The position numbers and the translations under genes were made by a program. From assembly GCA_016287855.1 (NCBI GenBank), contig JAEEXS010000002.1:1-36263 (forward strand): a stretch of DNA of 36,263 bases, read 5' to 3'. How positions within the stretch are numbered: the first letter of the stretch is position 1; every line of letters starts with the position of its first letter. This document shows, one piece after another, positions 10,497 to 20,222 of the stretch. This DNA is from Clostridia bacterium (lineage in GTDB: Bacteria; Bacillota; Clostridia; TANB77; RGIG9151). The notes beneath the pieces were generated by a model. That model was not told the DNA's origin, made no database searches, and saw only the letters and a program-made list of their open reading frames with translations.

Positions 10497-11411
10497 TTAT
10501 AAATAATGTAATAACGAAATTTGTAACGACTTTGCACCAGTTTGAAGTGCAGCTTGATAAACAGTTCTTGCACTCGTCCATCTTGTAATAGTTTCAGCAT
10601 ATTCTGCATCATCATTTAGGCTTAATGCCTCTTCTAAGTTTATCGTGTTACTTTCTACTCTATTTTTTGTGAGTTCCAATCTATTCATACGTGCACCAAC
10701 ATCAGCTCTAGCATCTACGCTAATTTGAAGATTTTGGAATATTAACTTACTTGCATCTCTCATAGCATCCGAATCTGCATTATCTATGCCTTGAATAAGC
10801 GCATCTATATTTCCAATTATACCGCTTTTTCCACCCTCTTCACTAGCTTCACCAAAAACATCAGGTCCAAGTACGTTTACTTGAAGCTTGCTTCCAAAAC
10901 CTATACTGTAATTTATAGCTTCTTTATTCTCTCCAGTTGTAACAACATTTGCATTATATGTACCGTCCTCATTCATTAAAGGAGTATTTGTTTTAAAACC
11001 AGAGAAAATATATCTTCCATTGTATTGAGTATTTGCTAAACTTATAATTTCTTTTTTAAGTTGTTCAACCTCAATCTTTATAGCATCTCTCTCTTCTTTT
11101 CCTAGTGTTCCAACATTAGCTGCTTGAGTTGAAAGCTCAGTTATTCTCATCAATATTTGATCATAACTATCTAATGCAGTATCTGCTACTTTAAGCATTT
11201 CATTTGCATCTTCTATATTACTCTTATTTTGTTCAAGCTGAGCGATTCTTGCTTTATATCTAATAGACTGAGCAGCTGCAACAGGTGCTTCTGACGCATA
11301 TTGATATAATTTACCAGTAGCAATTTGATTTTGATATTTATTTATATCTGTGGATACATGTGCAACATTTCTTAAGAAATTGTTTATTGTCATACTATTG
11401 GTTATTCTCAC
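10497..11411 (-). CDS. flgL: flagellar hook-associated protein 3 (FlgL, flagellin-fold junction protein)
   Basis: 304 aa. Flagellin-type N-terminus MRITNSMTINNFLRNV..YQNQIATGK. Conserved C-terminal helix TRWTSARTVYQAALQTGAKSLQISLLHYL. Follows flgK. Confidence 0.85.
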   Translation of the reverse strand: MRITNSMTINNFLRNVAHVSTDINKYQNQIATGKLYQYASEAPVAAAQSIRYKARIAQLEQNKSNIEDANEMLKVADTALDSYDQILMRITELSTQAANVGTLGKEERDAIKIEVEQLKKEIISLANTQYNGRYIFSGFKTNTPLMNEDGTYNANVVTTGENKEAINYSIGFGSKLQVNVLGPDVFGEASEEGGKSGIIGNIDALIQGIDNADSDAMRDASKLIFQNLQISVDARADVGARMNRLELTKNRVESNTINLEEALSLNDDAEYAETITRWTSARTVYQAALQTGAKSLQISLLHYL

Positions 11412-11427
11412 TCAAAACACCTCCTAC

Positions 11428-13002
11428 TTAAATTATACTAACCAGCGTCTCATATAACTCCGAAAATACAGACATCATTTTTGCCGCAGCGTTGTATAAC
11501 TCTTGATATCTAATTAAGTTTGTACCCTCTTCATCTAAGTTAACTGATGAATACGAATCTCTTTGATTCTCATATTGAGTCATTATAGAATCATGAGACT
11601 TATATAAATTTTGAGCAATTTCCGCATCAACACCAAGTGTAGTTACTATACCAGAGATACAATCTTCTAGATTGTATGAGCCAAAGAAATCTTCTCTGTC
11701 TTTAAACGCAAGTACAGAATTTATTCCTTCAGTATCGTTGTTATTTGTAACATCCGTATAACTTTTGAATAAATTCTTTATATCATCTAATACTTCTGTT
11801 GAAAGTGAAATGTTTTTTGCATTCATATAAGAGTACTCACTTATTATATCGGCATCTGTGACCGCAACATTAATAAGTTCTTCAGAAGAAAGCTTATCTA
11901 TTGAGAAAAATCTTATTCCTTCCCCCTCCGTTGCATCTTCTGCAGAATTAAATGTAAGGCCTCCAGCATGCCCCTGGCCTATTCTTACGCCATTTACAAT
12001 TCCCTCGTTAAATCCAAGTGCAAAACTTCTTGCAACATCATTTAATTGTTTTATATAATATGGAACTCCTTTTACCCAATCAGATTGATCTTCACCTTTA
12101 CCGTCTCTTATTTCTATTGTGGATTTTAATTCTCCAGATTTTAAATATAAAGGTATATCGTTTGCCCAAGTTACGTCATATAAACCTTCTATATCTTCTA
12201 CATTGTTTTTTCCAATTCTTTTTTTCAACTCTAATTTATAATCTTTATCATGTACAACTATTGGATTACCACCAAATTTAATAGTAACTTTTCTTTCTAC
12301 ATTACCATTTACAAGTTTTCCATAATCTTGCTCGATGTACTCAACATCCCCTAACTCTGATAATCTATTAACTAATAATGTTCTTTCATCTCTTAAAGTA
12401 CTAGCATCTCCGCCCAATACCTCGCAATTATATATTTGTGCATTTAAACTTGCCAATCTTTCGGACAGATCGTTTATTTCATCTACTTTTGTCTTAACAT
12501 CATTATTTAATTCAACTTGAAGCTCCTCAAGTTGAGTAGCTGTTTCATTAAAATAAGTTGTAAGTTGAAGACCTTTATTTTGAACTAAATAACCATAAGT
12601 AGAATTACTAGGGTTATTAGCATATTGATCCCACGCAGAATAAAAGTCATTTAATACCCCTGACAAATCAGATATTGATGATTCGTTTAAGATCTTTTCA
12701 ATTTGGACATAGTAATCATTTTTAGTTGACCAACCACTAGAAATAGAACTTTGATTCCATATCTTAGTATCTAAATAATTATCTCTCATCCTTGTTGCTG
12801 AAACACAGTCAGCGCCCAAGCCAAAAACAGGCTCTGATGTACCAGCAGCATTTTCTCCAAATATTCTAAAATCTGCGACTCTCCTAGTATAGCCTTTTGT
12901 ATTAGCATTTGCTACGTTTTCACTTGTTATATTAAGGGCCCTTCTACTAGAATACAAAGCTCTTAACGATAAATTTAAACCCGTAAATGCACCTGTTACC
13001 AT
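11428..13002 (-). CDS. flgK: flagellar hook-associated protein 1 (FlgK), canonical-looking copy
   Basis: 524 aa. N-terminal FTGLNLSLRALYSSRRALNITSENVANANTKGYTRR. C-terminal VNLDEEGTNLIRYQELYNAAAKMMSV. GGAGTGA SD overlaps the stop of the upstream paralog. Confidence 0.85.
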   Translation of the reverse strand: MVTGAFTGLNLSLRALYSSRRALNITSENVANANTKGYTRRVADFRIFGENAAGTSEPVFGLGADCVSATRMRDNYLDTKIWNQSSISSGWSTKNDYYVQIEKILNESSISDLSGVLNDFYSAWDQYANNPSNSTYGYLVQNKGLQLTTYFNETATQLEELQVELNNDVKTKVDEINDLSERLASLNAQIYNCEVLGGDASTLRDERTLLVNRLSELGDVEYIEQDYGKLVNGNVERKVTIKFGGNPIVVHDKDYKLELKKRIGKNNVEDIEGLYDVTWANDIPLYLKSGELKSTIEIRDGKGEDQSDWVKGVPYYIKQLNDVARSFALGFNEGIVNGVRIGQGHAGGLTFNSAEDATEGEGIRFFSIDKLSSEELINVAVTDADIISEYSYMNAKNISLSTEVLDDIKNLFKSYTDVTNNNDTEGINSVLAFKDREDFFGSYNLEDCISGIVTTLGVDAEIAQNLYKSHDSIMTQYENQRDSYSSVNLDEEGTNLIRYQELYNAAAKMMSVFSELYETLVSII

Positions 13003-13015
13003 ACATTTTCACTCC

Positions 13016-15397
13016 TTACATCCTAAGTATTGTTTGAAGCATTTCATCAATAACTCTTATCATCTTAGAAGATGCTGTATAACTATATTGGAATTTAACC
13101 ATATTGCTTAATTCTTCATCCATAGAAACTCCACTTACCTGCAAAATCCTATCTTTTGCAGTGTTTAAAACTGTTTCTTGAATTTCGTACCCAGTTAAAG
13201 CTTTATTAGCCGCTTGACCAAAATTCAAAATAAAATCTGCGTAATGTTCATCAAAAGTAGCATATCCTTTATTATTACTAAATACATCTGCAGCCGTTAA
13301 ATCAACTAGCATGTTACCTATTCTAAAATCTCCAGTATCTCCACTTAAAGATAACGGCATATTTAGCACATCCTCATACAATGGGTTAATTTGAATATTT
13401 CCCATTTGAAGCGGTAACTTATTATCTATTTTTACAAACAAATCTAAATTATACTCTTTTTCTTCACCAGTTTCAGGATCAATATATGTATCTCCATGGC
13501 GAATACCTTTAGCATTTATTCCCTGTCTCATAATACCGTTTATTTCTCTAGTTAATGCATTTATTATAGAGTTAAGTCCAGATCTAAAGAATGCTATTCC
13601 GTTTTCTTGTTGTACGCCCATTAATCTTGAGTTAAATGCTCTTGATACAGCCAACCCGAGTTGATCAGCGGTTTCTGCTGTTTCAAAACCAGATAAATTT
13701 AATACACTACCATCAGTTTCTTCAACAAGCTTCTTCCAATCATCTTCAGAATCATCATCTGTTATAGCAATTACATGCATATCTGCTGCGTTTAATATTG
13801 CTGCGACATCATCAATATCGCTTCTTATTCCTTCATCTGTAAGCACTAATAAATATGGATTACTATCATCTCTAAAGTCAATCGTTTGAACATGAGAAAC
13901 ATTCCATAATGGATTTTCCTTATTAGCAGCAACAATATCTGCTGGTACATTAGAAGTATCAAATTTCGTATCTAAGAACGCATTTATATTGTCTTTATCA
14001 AATGCAGTATTAGCACTAAAAGGGGTTTCCCCATTTAAGAAATTGTAAATATTAGTAACATCCAAATCTTCCATAGCAAAAGCATACTTACAAAAAGCGC
14101 TCACGCTATCTTCACAAGTTCTATTATAAAAAACATCTTGTAATTCTTGATCATCTGTGTTGTTATATAATTCGTCTGCAAATGAATCAAAATCTAAAGT
14201 ATTATCTATATACTCCCATAAGCACTCTACTACTTCTGAATCTTTTCCGTATTTCTCACTCATCTCATCAATCAATTCTGTCATCTTAGTAGCAGGTGAG
14301 TTTGTTACTTCCTTCTTTACTATTTCAGCCATCAAATAATCCTTAAACTTCATTAAGTCATCTACGGCAATTTCTTCTCCGTTGGTTAAATACAGCTTAT
14401 AATTTACATCTTGTCTATCTAAAGTATCAAACAAGTTAAATAAATTATTTACCATATTAAGTGTTGTTTTTTCGTCCATATCTGCATCTATACTAACTAC
14501 AATATCCATTTTTTCTTTAGGTGCGCCATTGGAAGAATGCTCTAGATTTCCAATAACATCTCCTCCGCGCATCTCTAAAATTCCCTTTAGCTCTCCGTCA
14601 GTAACTACAAATTCTTGCCCTGAGCCTTCCCAAATAGGAGAGCAAAAAATACTCCCAGGAGTAATGGTATCTGTGGTAAGCCTATTTGAATGGGTTCTTA
14701 CAACTAGATATCCACTAGGAGTCCTTATATCTACAGTAGTATTAGTAGAATTTTCAACCACAACATCAACAAGTTCACTAAGAGAAGCAATTACACTATC
14801 TCTACTGTCCCTTAATTCACAAGCTGTAGAGCCGTCTGCCTCTGATCTAGTAATCTTATCGTTTAAAGCCGCAATTTGGCTTGCATAATCATTTATTTTT
14901 CTAACAGTATTAATTACTTCTGTGTTTAATTCATTTTGCATTTTATTTAGCTGATCATTAATACCATCAAATTCAGCAATTAATGAAACTGCATTCTCTC
15001 TTAAATATCCACCAGCAATAGTAGTAGTATATTCTTTCGCTAATTCATTAAAAGCTTCCCACAAATCGTGCATACTATCTTGGAGATAACTACCGTCATC
15101 CCCTATTATTGATTGTAAGCTAGTATAAACTTTATCTTCATATTTATTTCTACCATAGGAAGCCAACTCGTTCCTATAGTTATTTTCTAAAAAATCCAAT
15201 CTTGCTTGACGAATAGAATCAGCATCTACTCCAAGCCCTATATTTAAATTTCCAATTTTAGTGGTTCCAAAATCATATTGATTTAGACGTTGCCTATGAT
15301 ACCCTTCTGTTTCTACATTAGAAAGGTTATTACTAGTAACGTATAAATTCTGCTCTGCTATTCTCAAACCTGTAATAGCTCTACTAAATGCTATCAT
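13016..15397 (-). CDS. divergent FlgK-family hook-associated protein paralog with a large central insertion
   Basis: 793 aa. Rod/hook N-terminal segment AITGLRIAEQNLYVTSNNLSNVETEGYHRQRL. C-terminal VSMDEELSNMVKFQYSYTASSKMIRVIDEMLQTI. Residues ~297-591 (nt ~13625-14510) have no counterpart in the 524-aa copy. Confidence 0.75.
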   Translation of the reverse strand: MIAFSRAITGLRIAEQNLYVTSNNLSNVETEGYHRQRLNQYDFGTTKIGNLNIGLGVDADSIRQARLDFLENNYRNELASYGRNKYEDKVYTSLQSIIGDDGSYLQDSMHDLWEAFNELAKEYTTTIAGGYLRENAVSLIAEFDGINDQLNKMQNELNTEVINTVRKINDYASQIAALNDKITRSEADGSTACELRDSRDSVIASLSELVDVVVENSTNTTVDIRTPSGYLVVRTHSNRLTTDTITPGSIFCSPIWEGSGQEFVVTDGELKGILEMRGGDVIGNLEHSSNGAPKEKMDIVVSIDADMDEKTTLNMVNNLFNLFDTLDRQDVNYKLYLTNGEEIAVDDLMKFKDYLMAEIVKKEVTNSPATKMTELIDEMSEKYGKDSEVVECLWEYIDNTLDFDSFADELYNNTDDQELQDVFYNRTCEDSVSAFCKYAFAMEDLDVTNIYNFLNGETPFSANTAFDKDNINAFLDTKFDTSNVPADIVAANKENPLWNVSHVQTIDFRDDSNPYLLVLTDEGIRSDIDDVAAILNAADMHVIAITDDDSEDDWKKLVEETDGSVLNLSGFETAETADQLGLAVSRAFNSRLMGVQQENGIAFFRSGLNSIINALTREINGIMRQGINAKGIRHGDTYIDPETGEEKEYNLDLFVKIDNKLPLQMGNIQINPLYEDVLNMPLSLSGDTGDFRIGNMLVDLTAADVFSNNKGYATFDEHYADFILNFGQAANKALTGYEIQETVLNTAKDRILQVSGVSMDEELSNMVKFQYSYTASSKMIRVIDEMLQTILRM

Positions 15398-15482
15398 CTA
15401 CTTCACCTCATTTTTAACGACCTTGTTTTTATAACTCCAATAAATTCAACAACCTATGTGACTTTAACATCCTATAAATATC

Positions 15483-15962
15483 TTATAAAGACAAATCAAA
15501 AAAGTTTCTTGCTTCACTATCAAGAGAATTGCCTTCTTTTCCGTAAGTACCAGTACCTCTATTAGTACCAGCTATCAAGCCAATTGAGAAATTAAGAAAT
15601 TCTAAAGAATTTTTAACAAGTTCTTGGTTTGTAGCGTTTTTTATCTTTATTTTTCTTGTTACATCCAATATTTCTTCTTTAAGGCTTTTCATTTCATCAG
15701 CATCATCTGGGAAATATTCGCATAAATCATCAATTCTTAATAATTTACTTATTCCTTTAGAATCTGCAAATGCTTTTATTATCCCAATTCTTTCTTTTTC
15801 TAAAGCAATATATCCTTCTACTAAAGTCTCTTCTCTTTCCACCATAGGTTTCAATTCTTCTACTTTATCCTTCACAATAATATCGGTTTTATCCTCTGAA
15901 ATCTTAAGTATTTCCTTATAAATTTCAAGCTGTTTTTTCAAAATCTCAATCATCTGTTTCAT
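15483..15962 (-). CDS. flgN: FlgN-family flagellar export chaperone
   Basis: 159 aa, helical. Position immediately upstream of flgK/flgL. The heptad-rich N-terminus and the NQELVKNSLEFLNFSI segment resemble Firmicute FlgN. Confidence 0.6.
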   Translation of the reverse strand: MKQMIEILKKQLEIYKEILKISEDKTDIIVKDKVEELKPMVEREETLVEGYIALEKERIGIIKAFADSKGISKLLRIDDLCEYFPDDADEMKSLKEEILDVTRKIKIKNATNQELVKNSLEFLNFSIGLIAGTNRGTGTYGKEGNSLDSEARNFFDLSL

Positions 15963-15977
15963 TATTGATTCCTCCCT

Positions 15978-16823
15978 TTAAAAAGTAAATTTTTCTGATT
16001 TACCACAAAAACTACAAGTAATTTCTATAAACCCATCTTCTTCTATCATTCTTTTTCTCTCTTCAGCTGGGATTGAGCTTATTGCCCTTTCCATTCTTTC
16101 TCTAGAGCAATCGCATAAAAATTCAGGTTGAATTTCTTCTAAAACAGTAATTTTTTCATCTCCAGAAATTGATTTTAGTATATCTTCAATAGAAAAACCT
16201 TCTTTTAATAACTCACATATAGGTCTTATATTGCTTATTCTACCAACAATCATATCTATAATTGCGGGATCTGTTCCAGGCATAAGTTGAAGTAAGTATC
16301 CGCAAGCCTTACTCACAGTAGCATCTTTTTTCACGGAAACTGAAAGCTGTATAACAGACGGAATTTGCTCTGAAATTAAAAAATAATCAGTAAGTTCATC
16401 AGATATAGTTCCCGTCTTTAACTCAACACTACCAGTTTGAGGTTCTTTTAAGCCAATATCCTTTGTAACAGTAAGAACTCCATTTCTTCCTACAGCTGTT
16501 CCTATATCTAGCGTACCATCCTCACTTAAAGGTACGTCAACCATAGGGTTTTGAACATAGCCCTTTACTATCGCTTTACTATTAGCACATACCACAATAT
16601 TTCCAAGTGGTCCATCACCTTTTACAATAAGAGTAAGCCTATCTTCATCATCTTTTAACATACTACCCATAATAGCTCCTGCAGTAAGTAATTTACCAAG
16701 TGCTGCAGTACCTACCGGAGATAACTTATGAGTATTAAGTGCAACTTGTACTAAATCTGTTGATTCTATTCCTATTAATCTTACTTGTCCATCAAATGCG
16801 AAACCTCTTATTAATCTATCCAT
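15978..16823 (-). CDS. hslO: redox-regulated chaperone Hsp33
   Basis: 281 aa. C-terminal zinc switch CDCSRER ... CSFCGK (CxC ... CxxC). N-terminal DRLIRGFAFDGQVRL is typical of Hsp33. Confidence 0.9.
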   Translation of the reverse strand: MDRLIRGFAFDGQVRLIGIESTDLVQVALNTHKLSPVGTAALGKLLTAGAIMGSMLKDDEDRLTLIVKGDGPLGNIVVCANSKAIVKGYVQNPMVDVPLSEDGTLDIGTAVGRNGVLTVTKDIGLKEPQTGSVELKTGTISDELTDYFLISEQIPSVIQLSVSVKKDATVSKACGYLLQLMPGTDPAIIDMIVGRISNIRPICELLKEGFSIEDILKSISGDEKITVLEEIQPEFLCDCSRERMERAISSIPAEERKRMIEEDGFIEITCSFCGKSEKFTF

Positions 16824-16838
16824 ATTTCCCCCTAAAAA

Positions 16839-17261
16839 TTAAAACCTTTTCTCCAATTTATTCAAATATTCTTCTATGGCTTTTGCGTCTTTTAAATGTT
16901 TTTCACTACCAACTTTTTCTTTCCAACGTTTAGTTTCCGCCAAAGTTAAAATATGATACCCATCAATAACATCTGAATTTCTAATTGCATCATCTACTGA
17001 CCCTAAAAAATTCATATCCGTATGAGTGAAACTAACTCCGTTTATATCTATATAATCCCCATTTATATTATTAGGATACTTAACGCTTAATTTTTCCCAC
17101 AAACTATCCTTTACTAAAACGTCTAAATCATTGTTTTTTTCTTTTAAACCGCGTAATACCATAGGGGCACTCCCATATATAACGCAGTCCTCCTTAGGTA
17201 TATTAAGCTCTTTTAATGCATCCATACATCTTAATTTTCTTGTGTACATATCTATTATCAA
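16839..17261 (-). CDS. small pol-beta-fold nucleotidyltransferase-like protein
   Basis: YGS-x13-DLDVLV fits the minimal NTase signature hG[GS]x9-13Dh[DE]h. The track start at 17261 is TTG, immediately after AAAGGA. ATG at 17249 (MYTRKL..) is an equally plausible start. Confidence 0.5.
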   Translation of the reverse strand: MIIDMYTRKLRCMDALKELNIPKEDCVIYGSAPMVLRGLKEKNNDLDVLVKDSLWEKLSVKYPNNINGDYIDINGVSFTHTDMNFLGSVDDAIRNSDVIDGYHILTLAETKRWKEKVGSEKHLKDAKAIEEYLNKLEKRF

Positions 17262-17274
17262 TCCTTTCAGTGAT

Positions 17275-18060
17275 TTAATAAAATTCTTCTATACTATCCC
17301 AATCTAAATCTCCAAACTCATAGTGGGTATCTTCGATATTCATACTTTCACAAAACAGTCTAAATTCGCAAAATTTGCAATGTTTAAGATATGATTTTCT
17401 ATCAAACTTTTCCCATTTAAAATTATACACTTTTTTAATCAAATTCGTTATACTTTTTTCATCTTTTTTATATTTTTCGTCAGAATATGTAATACTCGCA
17501 ATTTCTTCTTTCCTTTCGGGACTAAAATAAACCATTTTTATATCACTATATTCTTTACCAAATATAGATTTTGAACATTTTTTAAGTACATACATATAAA
17601 TTTCTGTTTGAAGTGAATCTGCATATTTTTTGCTGTCAGTTTTGGCATTTGTCTTCCAATCCCAAATTTCTAGTTTATCATCTTTTTCAATTATTAAATC
17701 AATATTTGCTTCTATTCGAACATTGCCATCTGAATATCTTATCGTATATTCAGGATAATATTTAAATTTTTTATTTATAGGAAAATATTCTCGTAAATTA
17801 CAAAAAGCATTGTATAGCCCTATGTTCTCCTTAAAACTATCCTCAAAAACAGGAATTCCCATAAAATATCTTTCAGCGATTTTATGAAAGTCTGTACCAA
17901 ACGCAGCATGCTCCTCTAAATTATAATTACTTTCGTCTTCCCATTTTATATTATCTATATACTTTTTCTTAAACTTAAAAGGGCAATTCTTAAAAGTATT
18001 TAATGAATTTTGCGTAAAATAGAAATACTTTTTATCTTTTAGATCCACTTTTCTCACCAC
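17275..18060 (-). CDS. stand-alone PD-(D/E)XK nuclease of the Cas4/AddB (RecB-family, 4Fe-4S) type
   Basis: One N-terminal Cys (NCPFKF) plus C-terminal CKFCEFRLFC (C-x2-C-x5-C). Also IDLIIE ... EIWDWKT (D ... [DE]xK) and QTEIY (QxxxY). GTG start 5 nt after the helicase stop; alternative GTG at 18048 behind AGGTGGTGA. Confidence 0.75.
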   Translation of the reverse strand: MVRKVDLKDKKYFYFTQNSLNTFKNCPFKFKKKYIDNIKWEDESNYNLEEHAAFGTDFHKIAERYFMGIPVFEDSFKENIGLYNAFCNLREYFPINKKFKYYPEYTIRYSDGNVRIEANIDLIIEKDDKLEIWDWKTNAKTDSKKYADSLQTEIYMYVLKKCSKSIFGKEYSDIKMVYFSPERKEEIASITYSDEKYKKDEKSITNLIKKVYNFKWEKFDRKSYLKHCKFCEFRLFCESMNIEDTHYEFGDLDWDSIEEFY

Positions 18061-18065
18061 CTATA

Positions 18066-20222
18066 CTACTTTTTAGACAAAACATTGAAATATTCTGAAA
18101 TTTTAGTTCTTCCACTATCTGTGCCGGAAATAAAGAGTCTTTCTTTAGCTCTTGTTATACCAACGTATAACAGTCTTGCTCTCTCGGAAATAACCTCTAT
18201 CTTAGCTTCTTTTTCAAAATCGCAATTAGTATCTTCTCCTAAAATAATCGCTAAATCTTTCTTCATCATAGCTGACGGATTTTTACATTCAGATTTTAAA
18301 TAATCTATATCATCTTTAAACTTTCCTTTTAGAGATGTCGGAAAATCTTCGGAATTTAAATCTCCAAGCATTACATTATCCCACTCTAAACCTTTAGACT
18401 TATGGTATGTTGCAATAGTTATAACTCCCTTTTTAGCCTCATATCCTTTTAGTTCCCAAACTAAATTAGCAAAATAATTAAATGAATTTTTAGTTTTTAA
18501 AAGCTCAAAAGCTAAATCACTTAGTTTGTACCTTGCATTTTCCTCCATTAAAAACTTAATCCCTGATGCCACCTTTTGGGCAATTGCAATTTCTTCTCGT
18601 GAAAAATCTAATTTCTCAGCAATATATAAAACCAACTTTTCAGGCACAGTAAAAGGAAAATCTAAAAAGTCTTTAAGCTTCTCCACTAAAGCTAAAAATA
18701 TTTTGTAACTTATGCTTTCTTTAATATCATTAGATATTCCACTTTCATCTACTCGACCAGATATAGGGTAAAAAAACTCTTCCGTGTTTATATATTTTAA
18801 ATGTTCAAGTAGTTCTTCCCTAAAAGGCGTTTCTTCATCTATAAATATTTTTACAACTTCTATTAATTTCTCATTATTTTCAGGTGCCGAAATAAAATCA
18901 ATAATTCTGCCTAGCTTTAATAAAGTCAAATTCCTTTCAGGAGAAGAATTATCTAAATACTCATATGGTATTTTCCTAGCATCAAGCAATTTTATAACTT
19001 CGCCAACTTTATATGCACTTGGAAGTAATACTGCTGTTGTTTTCTCTGGATATTCTTCTAAAAGTTTCTCACATTTATCTACTATTGCTTCATTTTCATT
19101 CGATTTGCTAGTAAACTTTGCATAAAATATAGCATCTCCATCAACTATGGGATTGGGGAAAGCATCATCTTCTCCTACCATCTCTATATATTGAGGGAGT
19201 AAACTTTCTCGGCATTCTTCGGTTGGATGACTTTCTCTTACATACTTTACGAATCTATTCGCAGTATCTATTACCTGTTTGCTGCTTCTACTAGATTGCG
19301 TAATATTAAAGATCTTAACATTTTTGCCACTACAAAAATCCTTAAAAAGCCTCATATCGCTATTCGCGAAAGTCGCAGTTATAGCTTGGTTGCTATCCCC
19401 TACTCTTAAGAAATTCCCGTCTTTCCCAGCAATAAGGCTTAAAATTTCTGTTTGTAATTTATTAGAGTCTTGAGCTTCATCTTCACAAACAAACGTATAT
19501 TTTTTCTTATATTTTTTTAAGATAGCACTATCATGAGTAAGTATGTATTTAGATTTTGATAGCATATCCTCAAAATCTATAAATCCACGTCTTTTTAAGC
19601 GTTTATCATATTCTAAGTAAATACTTGCTGCAACTTTTAAAAGAGAAACATCAGGCAATTTTTTAACTCTTTTTATCGCCTCTTTAGGAGAAATCTCATT
19701 AGTCTTAAAATTAGAAATAGCAGTTCCCATAAGCTTAGAAAAACTATCGTCCCATTTTTTAGAGATTTTATCATAACCATTTTTCTTTAAACTAATATCA
19801 TCTAGATAGTACATATATAGTTGTTTATGGTCTTCATCCCTTTTCCATGCTTCAACCACATCTTTTATAATAGCATCTTTTTGAAACGTCTCAATTACAT
19901 TTACTTCCGAATTTATCCCAACTAAATCAGGCTTTTCTTTAATAATTTGTAAGCACAGGCTATGAATTGTAGAAACGAAATAATCTCTAGAAGTAATACC
20001 TCTATTTTCAAGTTCTAAGCCTATTCTCTGCTTGAAGTTATTTGCTGCCGAATTCATATACGTAACAATTAAAATTTTCCCAGGCAAATTAGCCCCAGAA
20101 ACCAAAACTTCTACAGCCCACTGAGTAAGTGCATAGGTCTTTCCCCCACCAGGGATCGCCGGCACTCCACAATACCCTTTTCTATACGTTTCAACTAACT
20201 CTTTTTGCCCTTTTCTTAACAT
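18066..20222 (-). CDS. divergent SF1 UvrD/Rep-family DNA helicase with no nuclease domain
   Basis: 718 aa. Motif I AIPGGGKT, Ia TYMNSAANNF, II FVCEDEAQDSN, III RVGDSNQAI, V YHKSKGLEWD, VI YVGITRAKERL. The ATG overlaps the ybeY stop (TAATG at 20220-20224). Confidence 0.85.
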   Translation of the reverse strand: MLRKGQKELVETYRKGYCGVPAIPGGGKTYALTQWAVEVLVSGANLPGKILIVTYMNSAANNFKQRIGLELENRGITSRDYFVSTIHSLCLQIIKEKPDLVGINSEVNVIETFQKDAIIKDVVEAWKRDEDHKQLYMYYLDDISLKKNGYDKISKKWDDSFSKLMGTAISNFKTNEISPKEAIKRVKKLPDVSLLKVAASIYLEYDKRLKRRGFIDFEDMLSKSKYILTHDSAILKKYKKKYTFVCEDEAQDSNKLQTEILSLIAGKDGNFLRVGDSNQAITATFANSDMRLFKDFCSGKNVKIFNITQSSRSSKQVIDTANRFVKYVRESHPTEECRESLLPQYIEMVGEDDAFPNPIVDGDAIFYAKFTSKSNENEAIVDKCEKLLEEYPEKTTAVLLPSAYKVGEVIKLLDARKIPYEYLDNSSPERNLTLLKLGRIIDFISAPENNEKLIEVVKIFIDEETPFREELLEHLKYINTEEFFYPISGRVDESGISNDIKESISYKIFLALVEKLKDFLDFPFTVPEKLVLYIAEKLDFSREEIAIAQKVASGIKFLMEENARYKLSDLAFELLKTKNSFNYFANLVWELKGYEAKKGVITIATYHKSKGLEWDNVMLGDLNSEDFPTSLKGKFKDDIDYLKSECKNPSAMMKKDLAIILGEDTNCDFEKEAKIEVISERARLLYVGITRAKERLFISGTDSGRTKISEYFNVLSKK

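Noticed and set aside
15398-15482. Search for a sigma-D/FliA-type promoter (TAAA-N15-GCCGATAT) upstream of the FlgK paralog
   Set aside because: A TAAAGT is present, but nothing resembling GCCGATAT lies at the right spacing.
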